DNA of 64,000 bases from Planctomycetota bacterium (GTDB taxonomy: Bacteria > Planctomycetota > UBA8108 > SXIK01), in NCBI GenBank assembly GCA_965223265.1, contig OZ244999.1, positions 7,328,001 through 7,392,000 of the forward strand. The letters are read 5' to 3'. The notes below the pieces were generated by a model. The model did not search any database. It was not told where the DNA came from and saw only the letters and a program-made list of their open reading frames with translations. Shown here piece after piece: positions 9,761-20,350 of this stretch. Each line of letters opens with the position of its first letter. Position 1 is the stretch's first letter. The translations under genes and the position numbers were made by a program.

Positions 9761-10063
9761 GTGACAGAAAAGATCTTCGTCTACGGGACGCTGATGAACC
9801 ACAAGGTTCAGCAACGCGTCATCGGTCGCACCGTCGTCGGTCGCCCGGATCGTTTGAGGGGATACGAAAAGAGAAGCGTGCGCCAAGGGTCTCGCACGTA
9901 TCCGCGCGTCGAGCCGGGCAGCGGAGATGCTATCGTCTCGGGGCTAGTGCTGGAAGTCAGCCCTGAGGAACTCGAGTGCCTCGATGACTACGAGGGCGAC
10001 GATTACCGGCGCCTGCGTGTGATCGTGGAGTCAGGCCTGAAATGCTGGGCCTACGTCCGCTGA
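9761..10063 (+). CDS. Gamma-glutamylcyclotransferase (AIG2-like) protein
   Basis: IFVYGTLM...LDDYEG..YRR; GTG start after GGAG. Confidence 0.88.
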   Translation: MTEKIFVYGTLMNHKVQQRVIGRTVVGRPDRLRGYEKRSVRQGSRTYPRVEPGSGDAIVSGLVLEVSPEELECLDDYEGDDYRRLRVIVESGLKCWAYVR

Positions 10064-10447
10064 CCCGAAGCCCGACGCGGCGCGGGTCCGAGCTTGGTGG
10101 ATGTTCAGCTCGAGTTTAGGTAGTGTCCCGACGAAACACCTCGGCGGTCCGCGACTGCAGCCTCCGCGACTCAATGATTTCCCCCGTCGCAGGAAGCTGA
10201 TATCATGTGGCCGTCGGTCTGAAACTCGTCTAACCCGGGTCGCTTGCAATACCGCATTGCCGACAGTCAACGCGTGCGGAGCTGCGGCGTTCGATCCGTC
10301 GGAACGGCTGCATCGCACGACATCGTGCGCAGTCTCAATGCCGTCGCGGTGCGCGTCGTAGGCAACGTGTGAAGATCCACACGGAGTCTTCGGGATGGGG
10401 GAGTCCGTCCGTCACGAGAGCTGATTCGCGAGCGAAGTACAGCTGAC

Positions 10448-12724
10448 TTGGTAAGTCTCTCGTGGGAAACCGTGCGCGCAACTCGTCCCTTCCCCATCCT
10501 GATATTGCAGGTTCTGCTGCTGTGTCAAGTCATCGCAGCGGCGGATGGCGATACATCTGCTGCCAAGCGAGAACAGGCGAAGCCGAAGATTCGTCGCGAC
10601 ACGATTGAGTCGGGCGCAGATTGGACCGAACCGCAGAAAGGTGAGCGTCATTTCCGCGCCATAAAGGTCGACGAGCCTCCTGTCGTCGACGGTCGTCTCA
10701 ACGACCGCGCCTGGGAGCTTGCGGACGACCCCGGCCCCTTGTTTCAAACCCAACCGGACGCAGGGGCCCCAGCGACCGAACCGACAACCTTCCGCATGGT
10801 CTACGACAGCGATGCTATCTACATCGCCATCTGGTGCTTCGACGCCGAACCACAAAAGATCATTGGACGCGAGATGGCGCGTGATGGATCGATCTTTCAA
10901 GACGACTGGGTCATCATCGTCGTCGATACCTTCTTCGATCAACGCAACGGCTATTACTTGGCGTTCAATCCAGTTGCGGCGCGCTACGATGCGCTGATTA
11001 CGAACAACACGGGCTTCAACGAAAGCTGGAACGCCATCTGGACGGTGCGAACCTCCATCGACGACGAAGGATGGAAGGCGGAGATCATGGTGCCGCTGAA
11101 GTCGATCAGCTTCAACCCGGCCACTGACACGTGGGGATTCAACGTCGTCCGCAACGTCAAACGCAAAAACGAGCGCACGCGATGGAGCAACTACGAGGTG
11201 CGCGTCAACAACTACGATTTCGTCGAGGCAGGCACGGTCTCTGGACTCAATGGACTGCACCAGGGTCTCGGACTCGACATCAAACCTTACGCGCTGAGCC
11301 GCTTCAACCACGACCGCGTCAAGGAAGACGACGACTTGACGTTCGATTTCGGCGGGGACATCCGCTACCGCATCACACCCAACCTCACCACCAGCTTGAG
11401 TTACAACACAGACTTCGCAGAAACCGAGGTGGACGCACGCCAGATCAACCTCACACGCTTCCCACTCTTCTTTCCGGAGAAGCGAGGGTTTTTCCTCGAG
11501 GATTCGGGCATCTTCGATTTCGGGGGACTGAGCTCCTCCCAGTTCCTGCCGTTCTTCAGCCGCCGTGTCGGCCTGAGTGAACAAGGAGAGGTCGTGCCGA
11601 TCCTCGCTGCGGCCAAGCTGACGGGGCGCGTCAACAGCTACAACGTTGGGATCATGGACGCGGTGCTCGAGGACCACGATGGACTTGGCGAGCGCAACGC
11701 CCTGGTAACCCGCGTGTCAAAAAACGTGTTCGATCAATCGACCGTGGGAATGATCACAACGTTCGGTGACCCGAATACGCGAAACGACAACGTCGTCAGC
11801 GGGCTCGATTTCGGACTCAAGACAAACGAACTTTTCGGCGACCAGATTCTCCAAGTAGACGGGTACGGAATCGGTAGCTACACAGAGGGGGAGCAGTTCG
11901 AAGACAACTACTCCTACGGCCTCTCGGTTTCCTATCCGAACGAGCCGTACATCGCTAGCGCCCGCGCCTATCAAATCGATGAGGGGTTCGATGCGGCTTT
12001 AGGCTTCGTGCCGCGAACAGCAATCCGAGCCTACAATAGCTCGCTGAGCTTCAGACCGCGACCGAAGTCTCTGGACGCTGTACGACGTCTGTTGTTTTCG
12101 TACAGCACGACCCACTTCACCGACCTCAGCAATCGACTCGAGACGGCACGGCATGGCGTGATTCCTTTCTGGGTGCAGTTCGACTCCGGCGACGAAATCT
12201 GGTTTCAAGTCGAACGTGAATTCGACGGCCCCCTAGAAGATTTTGAGATTAGCGAGGGAGTCACCATTCCGGCCGACGACTACTGGTGGACGCATGCGAC
12301 GATCGGCGTCGACAGCGCGACGAAGCGCTTGGTCAGCATCACCCCGACCTACAGCTTCGGCGAATTCTATGATGGGAATCGAGAGGTCTACAATCTGTCG
12401 ACGACGCTCACGCTCATCCCACGCGTCATCACCCAGCTTTCCTACACGCTCAACCAGGTGCGGCTGCCGGCAGGCGATTTCAACACTCGGCTCGCATCAC
12501 TGCGCCTGCAGTTCAACTTCACTCCGGATCTCGTGTGGAACAACTTCGTTCAGTTCGACAGCGTCAGCGATTCGATCGGTTTGAATAGTCGCGTTCGCTG
12601 GGGAATTCACCCGGGCACAGATCTCTTCGTCGTCGTCAATCAGAACACAAACCGAGGAAGCGGCCGCATTCGATTCCTCGAGACCGAGCTGACCGTAAAG
12701 CTGGGCGTGACTCTAAGGTTCTGA
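10448..12724 (+). CDS. Secreted/outer-membrane CBM9-like plus DUF5916 protein (start uncertain)
   Basis: Signal peptide; PVVDGRLND..W; NTDFAETEVDARQINLTRFPLFFPEKRGFFLE; FFSRRVG; C-terminal Phe. Confidence 0.82.
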   Translation: MVSLSWETVRATRPFPILILQVLLLCQVIAAADGDTSAAKREQAKPKIRRDTIESGADWTEPQKGERHFRAIKVDEPPVVDGRLNDRAWELADDPGPLFQTQPDAGAPATEPTTFRMVYDSDAIYIAIWCFDAEPQKIIGREMARDGSIFQDDWVIIVVDTFFDQRNGYYLAFNPVAARYDALITNNTGFNESWNAIWTVRTSIDDEGWKAEIMVPLKSISFNPATDTWGFNVVRNVKRKNERTRWSNYEVRVNNYDFVEAGTVSGLNGLHQGLGLDIKPYALSRFNHDRVKEDDDLTFDFGGDIRYRITPNLTTSLSYNTDFAETEVDARQINLTRFPLFFPEKRGFFLEDSGIFDFGGLSSSQFLPFFSRRVGLSEQGEVVPILAAAKLTGRVNSYNVGIMDAVLEDHDGLGERNALVTRVSKNVFDQSTVGMITTFGDPNTRNDNVVSGLDFGLKTNELFGDQILQVDGYGIGSYTEGEQFEDNYSYGLSVSYPNEPYIASARAYQIDEGFDAALGFVPRTAIRAYNSSLSFRPRPKSLDAVRRLLFSYSTTHFTDLSNRLETARHGVIPFWVQFDSGDEIWFQVEREFDGPLEDFEISEGVTIPADDYWWTHATIGVDSATKRLVSITPTYSFGEFYDGNREVYNLSTTLTLIPRVITQLSYTLNQVRLPAGDFNTRLASLRLQFNFTPDLVWNNFVQFDSVSDSIGLNSRVRWGIHPGTDLFVVVNQNTNRGSGRIRFLETELTVKLGVTLRF

Positions 12725-12825
12725 GTCCGGAATATGACGAAGCGACGGCACGAACGCACGATCGCCTTTCCCTTGAACTCAACCCGACTTTAGACTAACG
12801 TAACAGCGTAAGTGTTATACGTTCT

Positions 12826-12899
12826 TCGCTGGGGGTGCCTTCGAGGCTGAGAGCAAACCCCTTGAACCTGAACCGGATAGCACCGGCGTAGGGAAGCGA
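12826..12899 (+). ncRNA. TPP riboswitch aptamer
   Basis: TCGCT-GGGGGTGCC-TTCG-AGGCTGAGA-GCAAA-CCC-CTTGAACCTGA-ACCGG...ACCGG-CGTAGGGA-AGCGA, directly upstream of thiC. Confidence 0.95.
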
Positions 12900-13020
12900 C
12901 CTAACCCAGGTTCGACTCATGGAAGATTCATGAGGAACACCGGGTTCAGTCGATCCAGGCCGTCGAAACGACCCTCAGACCCGCTTCCGTCGATATCTTC
13001 GAACTCGTCACGAAAGGTGG

Positions 13021-14745
13021 TTGAGAGTGAATCGAGCCAACCCGCAGAGCGACTTTGACCGCTCGTATCGTCTCCCCCCAGTCGGCGGCAACCCCTCAAA
13101 TCTGAAAGCGGTGACCAACCCCGGCAGCTTTGCGAATCCGCCTCAAGTTGGCGGCCAAAAGACCTTCAGCTCGCCTGATACCCCAGGGATGCCAGAGCCT
13201 TCAACCGTCACGGCTCTCGACTGGGAAAACGAATCGGGTCGAACTCCAATCACTCAACTCGAAAAGGCGCGCGCCGGGATCACTACGCCTGAGATGCATC
13301 GCGTTGCCGAGCGCGAACCCCACCTATCGGCCGAAGAGGTTCGAGCCGAAGTAGCTGCGGGACGCATGATCATCCCCGCAAACATCCGCCATCTAAGCTA
13401 TCGCCTTGATCCCATGTGCATCGGTCGTGCAAGCCTAACCAAGATCAATGCCAACATGGGGGCATCACCGGTGAGCTCGGGAACCGACGAGGAGCTGGAG
13501 AAGCTGCGCTGGGCAGAACGATGGGGCGCCGACACAGTCATGGATTTGTCGACTGGCGGACGCATCGAGCAGTGCCGAGAGGCTATGGTGCAAAATGCCC
13601 GCGTACCGATCGGGACCGTGCCGATCTATTCGATGATCATCGGTCGGCGCATCGAAGATCTCGACTACGACACCATTTTGAGCTCTCTCGAGCATCAAGC
13701 GAAACAAGGTGTCGACTATTTCACGATCCACGCAGGAGTCCTCCAAGAGCACTTGCCTCTCGTCAAAGATCGACTCATCGGCATCGTCTCACGCGGCGGC
13801 AGTTTGCTCGCGAAGTGGATGCTGATCCACGGCAAGCAAAACCCGATGTACGACCTCTTCGATGAAATCTGCGACATCATGCGCGAGTACGACGTGTCCT
13901 TCAGCCTCGGTGACGGGCTACGTCCCGGCGGGCTCGCGGACGCATCGGACGCGGCACAGCTCGCAGAACTGCAAACGCTTGGTGAACTCACGGAACGCGC
14001 GTGGGCTAAGGGCGTGCAGGTGATGATCGAGGGTCCGGGCCACGTACCGCTGGATCAGATCGAATACAACATGAAGCTTCAGCGGCGACTCTGCCACGGC
14101 GCGCCGTTCTATGTTCTCGGCCCACTGGTCACGGACATCTTCCCGGGCTACGATCACATAACGTCGTGCATCGGAGCGACCTCCGCGGCGTACCATGGTG
14201 CTTCGATGCTCTGCTACGTAACGCCCAAGGAGCACCTCGGACTGCCGAAGAAAGACGACGTCAAGCAGGGGTGCGTTGCCTACAAGATCGCAGCCCACGC
14301 AGCCGACATCGCTCTGGGCATCCCTGGTTCGAGAGATCAAGACGACGAACTGACGAAGGCCCGCGCGGCGCTGAACTGGGAAAAACACTTCGACCTCTCG
14401 TTTGACCCCGACACGGCGCGTGCGTTTCACGACGAAGACCTCGACGTCGACACGGATTTCTGCGCCATGTGCGGTCACGATTGGTGCTCGGTGCGCATCT
14501 CGAAAGAAATCACGGAGTTCGCATCCGGCAAGGCCGACGAGTTCGTACCCGAACGCAAGGCGAAGCGGTCGGCAGCCTTGACGCCCGAGCAGCAAGAAAT
14601 CTTAGAAAAGCGAGGCGTGCTCTCACCCGAAGAGATCCACGCGCTTGCCAGCAAAGGCACACACCGCAGGGCCGCCTGCCACTCTGACATCGTCGCTGAT
14701 GCCAATGAGGCAAAGAGGCTTCAGGAGTCGGTCCTCGACAACTGA
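13021..14745 (+). CDS. thiC: Phosphomethylpyrimidine synthase
   Basis: [61 protein letters not shown] cluster motif. Confidence 0.97.
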   Translation: MRVNRANPQSDFDRSYRLPPVGGNPSNLKAVTNPGSFANPPQVGGQKTFSSPDTPGMPEPSTVTALDWENESGRTPITQLEKARAGITTPEMHRVAEREPHLSAEEVRAEVAAGRMIIPANIRHLSYRLDPMCIGRASLTKINANMGASPVSSGTDEELEKLRWAERWGADTVMDLSTGGRIEQCREAMVQNARVPIGTVPIYSMIIGRRIEDLDYDTILSSLEHQAKQGVDYFTIHAGVLQEHLPLVKDRLIGIVSRGGSLLAKWMLIHGKQNPMYDLFDEICDIMREYDVSFSLGDGLRPGGLADASDAAQLAELQTLGELTERAWAKGVQVMIEGPGHVPLDQIEYNMKLQRRLCHGAPFYVLGPLVTDIFPGYDHITSCIGATSAAYHGASMLCYVTPKEHLGLPKKDDVKQGCVAYKIAAHAADIALGIPGSRDQDDELTKARAALNWEKHFDLSFDPDTARAFHDEDLDVDTDFCAMCGHDWCSVRISKEITEFASGKADEFVPERKAKRSAALTPEQQEILEKRGVLSPEEIHALASKGTHRRAACHSDIVADANEAKRLQESVLDN

Positions 14746-14751
14746 TGCCCA

Positions 14752-15420
14752 TCAGCCATCGTTGACGAGCCGCAGCAGCGTATCCGCACTCAGATCGAGC
14801 AGCGATCCGACGACGCTGTCCGCCCGCTGTAGCTCCTGGCGCGTTTTCGTCGTCGTCACTGCGACCACCTGCGCACCCGCCGCGATCGCTGCCTCGACCC
14901 CTTGGGGCGCATCCTCGATCACGATGCAGCGCCGCGGCGGCAGCCCGAGCTTGCGCGCGGCGATGAGAAACACGTCCGGATGTGGCTTCCCGCGTGTCAC
15001 CTCATCTCCGGTTGAAAGCGCATGAAAACAGTCACGTACACCCAGTAGGTCTAACACCAGCTCCACATTCGCGGCTGGCGCGGACGATCCGATCGCGAGC
15101 GCCCAGCCGCGCGCGGTGAGATCGGCGATGAGTTCCCGGGCCCCAGGCAACACCTCAACGCGCTGCGCCGCAACGGAACGAAAGAGTTCTTCCTTGCGCG
15201 CCGAAAGCCGATCGATTTCCTGTTCACTCGGTTTGCCCTCGACCCAAAGAGGAATGATCTGTCGATTGTGCATGCCAAAGGTGTCGTCAAAGATCTGACG
15301 CGGGCACGGCGTCCCGAGCTCCTCGCCCAGTCGGCACCACGAAGCATAGTGAGCCTCGCGTGACTCGATGAGGACCCCGTCCATATCAAAGATCACACCC
15401 ACGGCAGACGGTTCAGGCAT
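14752..15420 (-). CDS. HAD-family phosphatase (beta-phosphoglucomutase-like)
   Basis: IFDMDGVL, GKPHPDVF, IEDAPQG. Confidence 0.9.
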   Translation of the reverse strand: MPEPSAVGVIFDMDGVLIESREAHYASWCRLGEELGTPCPRQIFDDTFGMHNRQIIPLWVEGKPSEQEIDRLSARKEELFRSVAAQRVEVLPGARELIADLTARGWALAIGSSAPAANVELVLDLLGVRDCFHALSTGDEVTRGKPHPDVFLIAARKLGLPPRRCIVIEDAPQGVEAAIAAGAQVVAVTTTKTRQELQRADSVVGSLLDLSADTLLRLVNDG

Positions 15421-15611
15421 GCGATTCCTCGTTGGCGTCCCTCGCCGCGGCAAGACCAATCGCTTCGGGCGTTGGTACCGCCGACTCAAAGCGCCCCAGA
15501 TTACCGGTCGCGGAAACAAATGCACACCTGGAACTTCTGTGGCAGCCGCCACAGAGCCGATACAATCCATCGAAGCGACTGCTTCATCGCCCGGCGTCAA
15601 CAGGTGCGACC

Positions 15612-16340
15612 ATGATCTCGACCCCCGGTCCTTCCGATACCGAGACGATGCACCGCATCGTCGTACTGCGCCATGGAATCCTCCTTAATCGATTCTTCAT
15701 GGTGCCAATGCAGCGGTTCTTCGAGAAGCGCGGCTATGTCGTCTACAACCGTAGCTATCCGTCGACGCGTAAGTACATCGAAGACCACGCCAAGGACTTA
15801 GCGGATGAGCTGCGTGCACTGAAGAGCGAACTCGAGCTCCGCGGCACACCCTACGAACTCTATGCCGTGACACACAGCCTGGGCGGATTGATCCTGCGCT
15901 ACGCCCTGACGCATTGCGACGCCCCCGCCCCGAAGCGGGCCGTGTTGATGGTGCCGCCCAACCGCGGCGCTGAGACCGCACGACGGCTGTGCAAGTTTCC
16001 GCCGTACCGCTGGATAGCGGGCCGGAAAAGTGCCAAACAACTGACGGAGGAGCCCCCCGGCATCTTTGAGGCCTGCGGCATTCCGAGCGCGACCCAAATC
16101 GGGGTCATCGCCGGGCAAGTGAGGTTCCGCTTGCTGCCGACGCACCTTCAGAAACCGAACGACGGCGTCGTTAGCGTCGCCGAAGCCCAGCTCGAGCCCC
16201 TTGCGCTCCGCGTGCTACCCTACAGCCACACGCCGATCCTTTTCGTTCGTCGCGCCATGGAGGAAGCCGATCACTTTCTCAAGTGCGGCGAATTTCGCGA
16301 CTCCAAGAAAGGACGTGCGTACAGCACCGTGGACACGTAG
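15612..16340 (+). CDS. Alpha/beta hydrolase (lipase-like)
   Basis: HGI, THSLGG nucleophile elbow, PPNRG, NDGVVSV, YSHT. Confidence 0.85.
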   Translation: MISTPGPSDTETMHRIVVLRHGILLNRFFMVPMQRFFEKRGYVVYNRSYPSTRKYIEDHAKDLADELRALKSELELRGTPYELYAVTHSLGGLILRYALTHCDAPAPKRAVLMVPPNRGAETARRLCKFPPYRWIAGRKSAKQLTEEPPGIFEACGIPSATQIGVIAGQVRFRLLPTHLQKPNDGVVSVAEAQLEPLALRVLPYSHTPILFVRRAMEEADHFLKCGEFRDSKKGRAYSTVDT

Positions 16341-16496
16341 ACAGCGCTTCACGGAGCGAAGTAGACGCGTCCAAGGTCGCAGGATGATCTAGACTGTGCA
16401 TGAGCGCGAGGCTCGGGACTTGGCTGCGAAGTGCTGTTCGGAACGCCAAGCGATCTCTATCGTCGTCCTTTCTCTCCAACTTAGGGCCGAGTTTTG

Positions 16497-17327
16497 ATGG
16501 CCACACCCAACAGCGCCCTCTTCGCCGTTCTCGGTGCCAGCAATGTGACATTCTCCTTGCCACAGCTCCTTGACGCGGCCCAGGAGAGACTGGGCGACCG
16601 AGTCGTGGACTATTTTGTCGCGCACGGCCCGGGGCGATCCTATGGTTCGTACTCTGGTGTAGCCCTTATGGCCTTTCCGGCTTTGAGCCGGTGTGATCTC
16701 TACGCAGCCCTCGAGTCGCGTGCCGAGCAGTGTGACGGCGCGGCAGTGCACACGCTGTTCACCGACATCGGGAACGATCTTCCGTACGGTGCAAGCGTTG
16801 ACGACATTCTCGGTTGGGTCGGCGATTCCGTCCGCCGCTGCCAATCGTTCGGTGCGAACGTCGCCGTCACCGCGCTACCGGCGGAGAGCGTGCGCCGTGT
16901 GCCGGCCTGGAAATACCACGTGCTGCGGCGGCTCTACTACCCATCGTGCACCCTGTCGCAGGCCGAACTCATGGCACGTGTCCTCGAGCTGCAATCGAAA
17001 CTGCCGCAGCTGTGCGACGTCCTCGGAGTACGCCTTCTCAGCGCACCGAGCGACTGGTACGGCTTTGACCATTTCCATCTCAGCCTGACGAAAAGGCGGC
17101 ACGCCTTCTCAACCTGGTTCTCGGCTCTGCTGGGTACGAACGGCATCGACTCGCCCGCCGTACCGAAGGCGCAGCTTCAGCACTCCAGTAGGCTGTCGGG
17201 GCCGCGCAACACAGCCGCCGCGGTGCGTCTCTGGAGACCGTCTGAACTGCGGCTCTGTGGTCGGCTCCTACGTCGTGCCCAGGCGGGTCGCGCAATCGCG
17301 CCGGCGGCTCGCCTGTTTCTCTTCTGA
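16497..17327 (+). CDS. SGNH/GDSL-like hydrolase, hypothetical
   Basis: LGASN (block I-like), GRSYG, DIGND (block III), GFDHFH (DxxH). Confidence 0.6.
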   Translation: MATPNSALFAVLGASNVTFSLPQLLDAAQERLGDRVVDYFVAHGPGRSYGSYSGVALMAFPALSRCDLYAALESRAEQCDGAAVHTLFTDIGNDLPYGASVDDILGWVGDSVRRCQSFGANVAVTALPAESVRRVPAWKYHVLRRLYYPSCTLSQAELMARVLELQSKLPQLCDVLGVRLLSAPSDWYGFDHFHLSLTKRRHAFSTWFSALLGTNGIDSPAVPKAQLQHSSRLSGPRNTAAAVRLWRPSELRLCGRLLRRAQAGRAIAPAARLFLF

Positions 17328-17548
17328 CTCCGCTCCCAACGCCGCGGTTGTCCGGATCCTCGCCGGCGCCGTCGCCTTCGGTCGCGCCTACTCGCGACGA
17401 CGGTCACGCGGCTGACGACGCTGTCGCGATACCGGAGCTTCGCGCCGCATCGAAGCGCGAAAGGCGACCCACAACGAGGAGGACGGGTCCACGCCACCCA
17501 CTGTCGGCGCCGACACCCGCACGAAAGACTGCGCGCTCAGAACCGCCG

Positions 17549-17576
17549 TTGACTTCCCCGTAAAGCTTGAAATAAT
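17549..17576 (+). promoter_or_regulatory. Probable sigma70 promoter of the glyS cluster
   Basis: TTGACT-N16-AATAAT just upstream of the AAGGA RBS. Confidence 0.4.
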
Positions 17577-17601
17577 CGTGCACTCTACGAAAGGACAATC
17601 C

Positions 17602-19266
17602 ATGAATGCGGCCCCGAATCAAGCTCCTCGGCACGACTACGACCTCATGAAAGAGGTCATCTCACTCTGCAAACAGCGCGGCTTCGTGTTCCAGTCTAGC
17701 GAGATCTACGGCGGCCTGAAGAGCTGTTATGACTACGGCCCGCTTGGGGTCGAGCTCAAACGTAACATCATGAACGAGTGGTGGCGTACCACGGTTCACG
17801 CGCGTGAGGACGTGGTCGGCTTGGACGCGTCGATCATCATGCACCCGAAGGTTTGGCATGCGTCGGGGCACCTCTCCGGGTTTTCGGATCCGCTCGTCGA
17901 TTGTCTGATTAGCAAGGAACGCTTCCGCGCCGATCACGCACCGCGCCCGTCCGTCGGGGATGAACTACCCTTGACATGCTCTGACAAGGGACAGGCAAAG
18001 GTTTACCAAAAGGCCATTCAAGAACGCTTCGACATCACCCTCTCCCGCCAGGGCAAGATTCTGACAGGTCTACGGGTCATGGATGCGGACACCGTCGGCT
18101 TTTTCCCAGAAGACGCCACCGAGGCGGCAGCAGAGTTCCCGTTTCGCGGCTACGTCAGCCCCGAGATCGGCAGTCCGTTTCTCAGCGACGAACGACAGTT
18201 CAACCTCATGTTTCGCTCGACGCTCGGCTCCATCGACCCGCTCGACGAAATGGCCAAAGAGCTCGCTGGGAAGAGTCTCGAGGCTGCAGAGATCCGCAAG
18301 CTCCTCGAGCACAAGATGAAGGAGTCAGCCGTCTACCTACGCCCTGAAACAGCACAGGCTATGTTCGTCCAGTTCGCGAACATCCAGAAAGCCATGGCGG
18401 CGAAAGTCCCTTTCGGCATCGCGCAAATGGGAAAGTCGTTCCGCAACGAGGTGACCGTCGAGCACTTCATCTTTCGCTCCTGCGAGTTCGAGCAGATGGA
18501 ACTCGAGTACTTTGTTGCGCCTGGCGAGCAGAAAAAGTGGCTCGAGTACTGGAAGAACGAACGACTCAGTTGGTATCAGCGCTACGCGAATGACCCGAGC
18601 AAATTCCGTCTGCGACAACACGAAAAAGATGAGCTGGCTCACTATGCAGACGATTGTTACGACATCGAGTACGAGTATCCGTGGGGTTGGGGCGAGCTTG
18701 AGGGCGTGGCGAGCCGGACAGACTACGATCTGAAAAAGCATGCGGAACACTCTGGAGCGCCACTCAATTACTTCGACCAAGAAAAAACCGACCCTCAGAC
18801 AGGCAAAAAGGGATGGCGCTACACACCGTACGTCATCGAGCCGGCAGCCGGCGCGACGAGAACGACGCTCATGTACCTGCTTGACGCCTTCCACTACGAC
18901 TCGCCACGTCCCGACGCGTCGGGCAACGTCAAGGTTCGTCGGGTGCTCAAACTGCATCCAAGGCTGGCCCCCTACAAAGTCGCGGTGTTGCCGCTGGTGA
19001 AAAAGGATGGCATGCCAGAGAGGGCGCGCGAGATCGTCGAGCAGTTCTTCAGCGCCGGCATCAATGCGAGATATGACGAGCAGCACGCGATCGGCAAGCG
19101 CTATTCTCGTCATGACGAGGTTGGCACCCCGTTCTGCTTGACGGTCGACGGGGACTCTCTGAAAGACGGCACCGTAACGCTTCGTGATCGAGATTCGACC
19201 GAGCAAGAGCGAATCAACATCGAGGAAGCCTTCGATGTAGTGAAGAATCGTCTGGAGCGTGATTGA
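17602..19266 (+). CDS. glyS: Glycine--tRNA ligase, alpha2 type
   Basis: YDYGPLGVELK, ASGH, YLRPETAQ, GKSFRNE, EFEQME, LAHYA, ELEGVASRTDYDL, IEPAAG, anticodon domain IGKRY..DEVGTPFC. Confidence 0.96.
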   Translation: MNAAPNQAPRHDYDLMKEVISLCKQRGFVFQSSEIYGGLKSCYDYGPLGVELKRNIMNEWWRTTVHAREDVVGLDASIIMHPKVWHASGHLSGFSDPLVDCLISKERFRADHAPRPSVGDELPLTCSDKGQAKVYQKAIQERFDITLSRQGKILTGLRVMDADTVGFFPEDATEAAAEFPFRGYVSPEIGSPFLSDERQFNLMFRSTLGSIDPLDEMAKELAGKSLEAAEIRKLLEHKMKESAVYLRPETAQAMFVQFANIQKAMAAKVPFGIAQMGKSFRNEVTVEHFIFRSCEFEQMELEYFVAPGEQKKWLEYWKNERLSWYQRYANDPSKFRLRQHEKDELAHYADDCYDIEYEYPWGWGELEGVASRTDYDLKKHAEHSGAPLNYFDQEKTDPQTGKKGWRYTPYVIEPAAGATRTTLMYLLDAFHYDSPRPDASGNVKVRRVLKLHPRLAPYKVAVLPLVKKDGMPERAREIVEQFFSAGINARYDEQHAIGKRYSRHDEVGTPFCLTVDGDSLKDGTVTLRDRDSTEQERINIEEAFDVVKNRLERD

Positions 19267-19335
19267 CGGACGTGCTATAGCAATCCGTGGAAGAGGATTT
19301 TCGAGGAAGAAGCCGCAGCGAAGCGAAGACGTACG

Positions 19336-20349
19336 ATGCAGACCGTCACGAACAACTTTCGCGCTCAACTCGAGTCGTACAACGGGCCGCTGGACCTCCT
19401 TCTCTATCTGATCAAGAAGGATGAGATCGACGTCCTCGACATCCCCTTGGCGCGCGTCATTGACCAATACCGGATCTATCTCGAGTTGCTCAAGGAGATC
19501 GACCCGAACGTCTGTGGCGACTACATCGTCATGGCGGCGCAGTTGATCGAGATCAAATCGAAACTGCTCTTGCCGCGCCCCGAGGAGGAAGACGGCGATG
19601 ACGAGATGGAAGACCCGCGGCTCGAGCTCGTACAACAACTGCTCGACTTCAAAAAGTACAAAGAACGTTCGCTTCTGCTCGAGGATCGATACGAAGAGTT
19701 TCGCCGCCGGTACCGACGCCCATACGTCGAGATAGAGTTTCAGGAAGATCTCGATGACCCCATCGCGCTCGGCGATGTCTCGATCTGGGATCTTCTCACA
19801 GCGTTTCAGCGCGTGCAGCTCGCGGTCGGGCGACGCGGGCCTCACCGCGTCTTTTTGCGCGAACGCCCAATCTCCGAATACATTGAGACGATCGAGTCAG
19901 CTCTCGTCGACGCGCCAAGGCGAACGATGGCGTTCGCGAGACTCTTCGACAACTACGAGCATCGAGCCGACGCCATCGGACTCTTTCTCGCCATCCTCGA
20001 GCTCGCCAAAGGGTATCGAGTGGCCATCGAACAGGAGCAGTCGTTCGGCGACCTCTTCGTCCGATTGCGGAGCGACGAGGAGACGGCCAAACTGGTCGAG
20101 CTCGAACGCGAGAATCTCGACGAGGACCCGGCAGAGGCTCACCTGCTCCAGGGTGAAGGCGAGGAGGCGCGCTCCCAGCCCATCACTCCCGCCGCGGACC
20201 AGCCCGTGGAGGAGACATCCGAGACAATCGGCGAGGCAAAAGTCTCGCCAGGGCGGACTGTCCTTGGCAGCGGATCGACCGAGACAAACGACGAAGTCGG
20301 TAGACCGGCGAGCGAGCGAGCTGATCCCGAACCTCCGGAAAGCGACTGA
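19336..20349 (+). CDS. scpA: Segregation/condensation protein A with acidic tail
   Basis: YNGPLDLLLYLI, MAAQLIEIKSKLLLP, DPRLELVQQL, FLAILEL. Confidence 0.93.
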   Translation: MQTVTNNFRAQLESYNGPLDLLLYLIKKDEIDVLDIPLARVIDQYRIYLELLKEIDPNVCGDYIVMAAQLIEIKSKLLLPRPEEEDGDDEMEDPRLELVQQLLDFKKYKERSLLLEDRYEEFRRRYRRPYVEIEFQEDLDDPIALGDVSIWDLLTAFQRVQLAVGRRGPHRVFLRERPISEYIETIESALVDAPRRTMAFARLFDNYEHRADAIGLFLAILELAKGYRVAIEQEQSFGDLFVRLRSDEETAKLVELERENLDEDPAEAHLLQGEGEEARSQPITPAADQPVEETSETIGEAKVSPGRTVLGSGSTETNDEVGRPASERADPEPPESD

Positions 20350-20350
20350 C

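Noticed and set aside
10412-11677. Long antisense ORFs (also 18337-19845, 46197-47750, 59568-60863, 29051-29842)
   Set aside because: Shadow frames of better-supported genes on the opposite strand in high-GC DNA
12906-12922. T-loop-like GGTTCGACTC
   Set aside because: No cloverleaf; it is part of the riboswitch leader hairpin, not a tRNA
12905-13024. Short frame ending [19 protein letters not shown]-stop, reminiscent of a ThiS C-terminus, upstream of thiC
   Set aside because: No start codon, too short, and the GG derives from the thiC RBS (AAAGGTGG)
19336-20349. scpA without adjacent scpB or smc
   Set aside because: Separation of these genes is common and cannot be judged from one window
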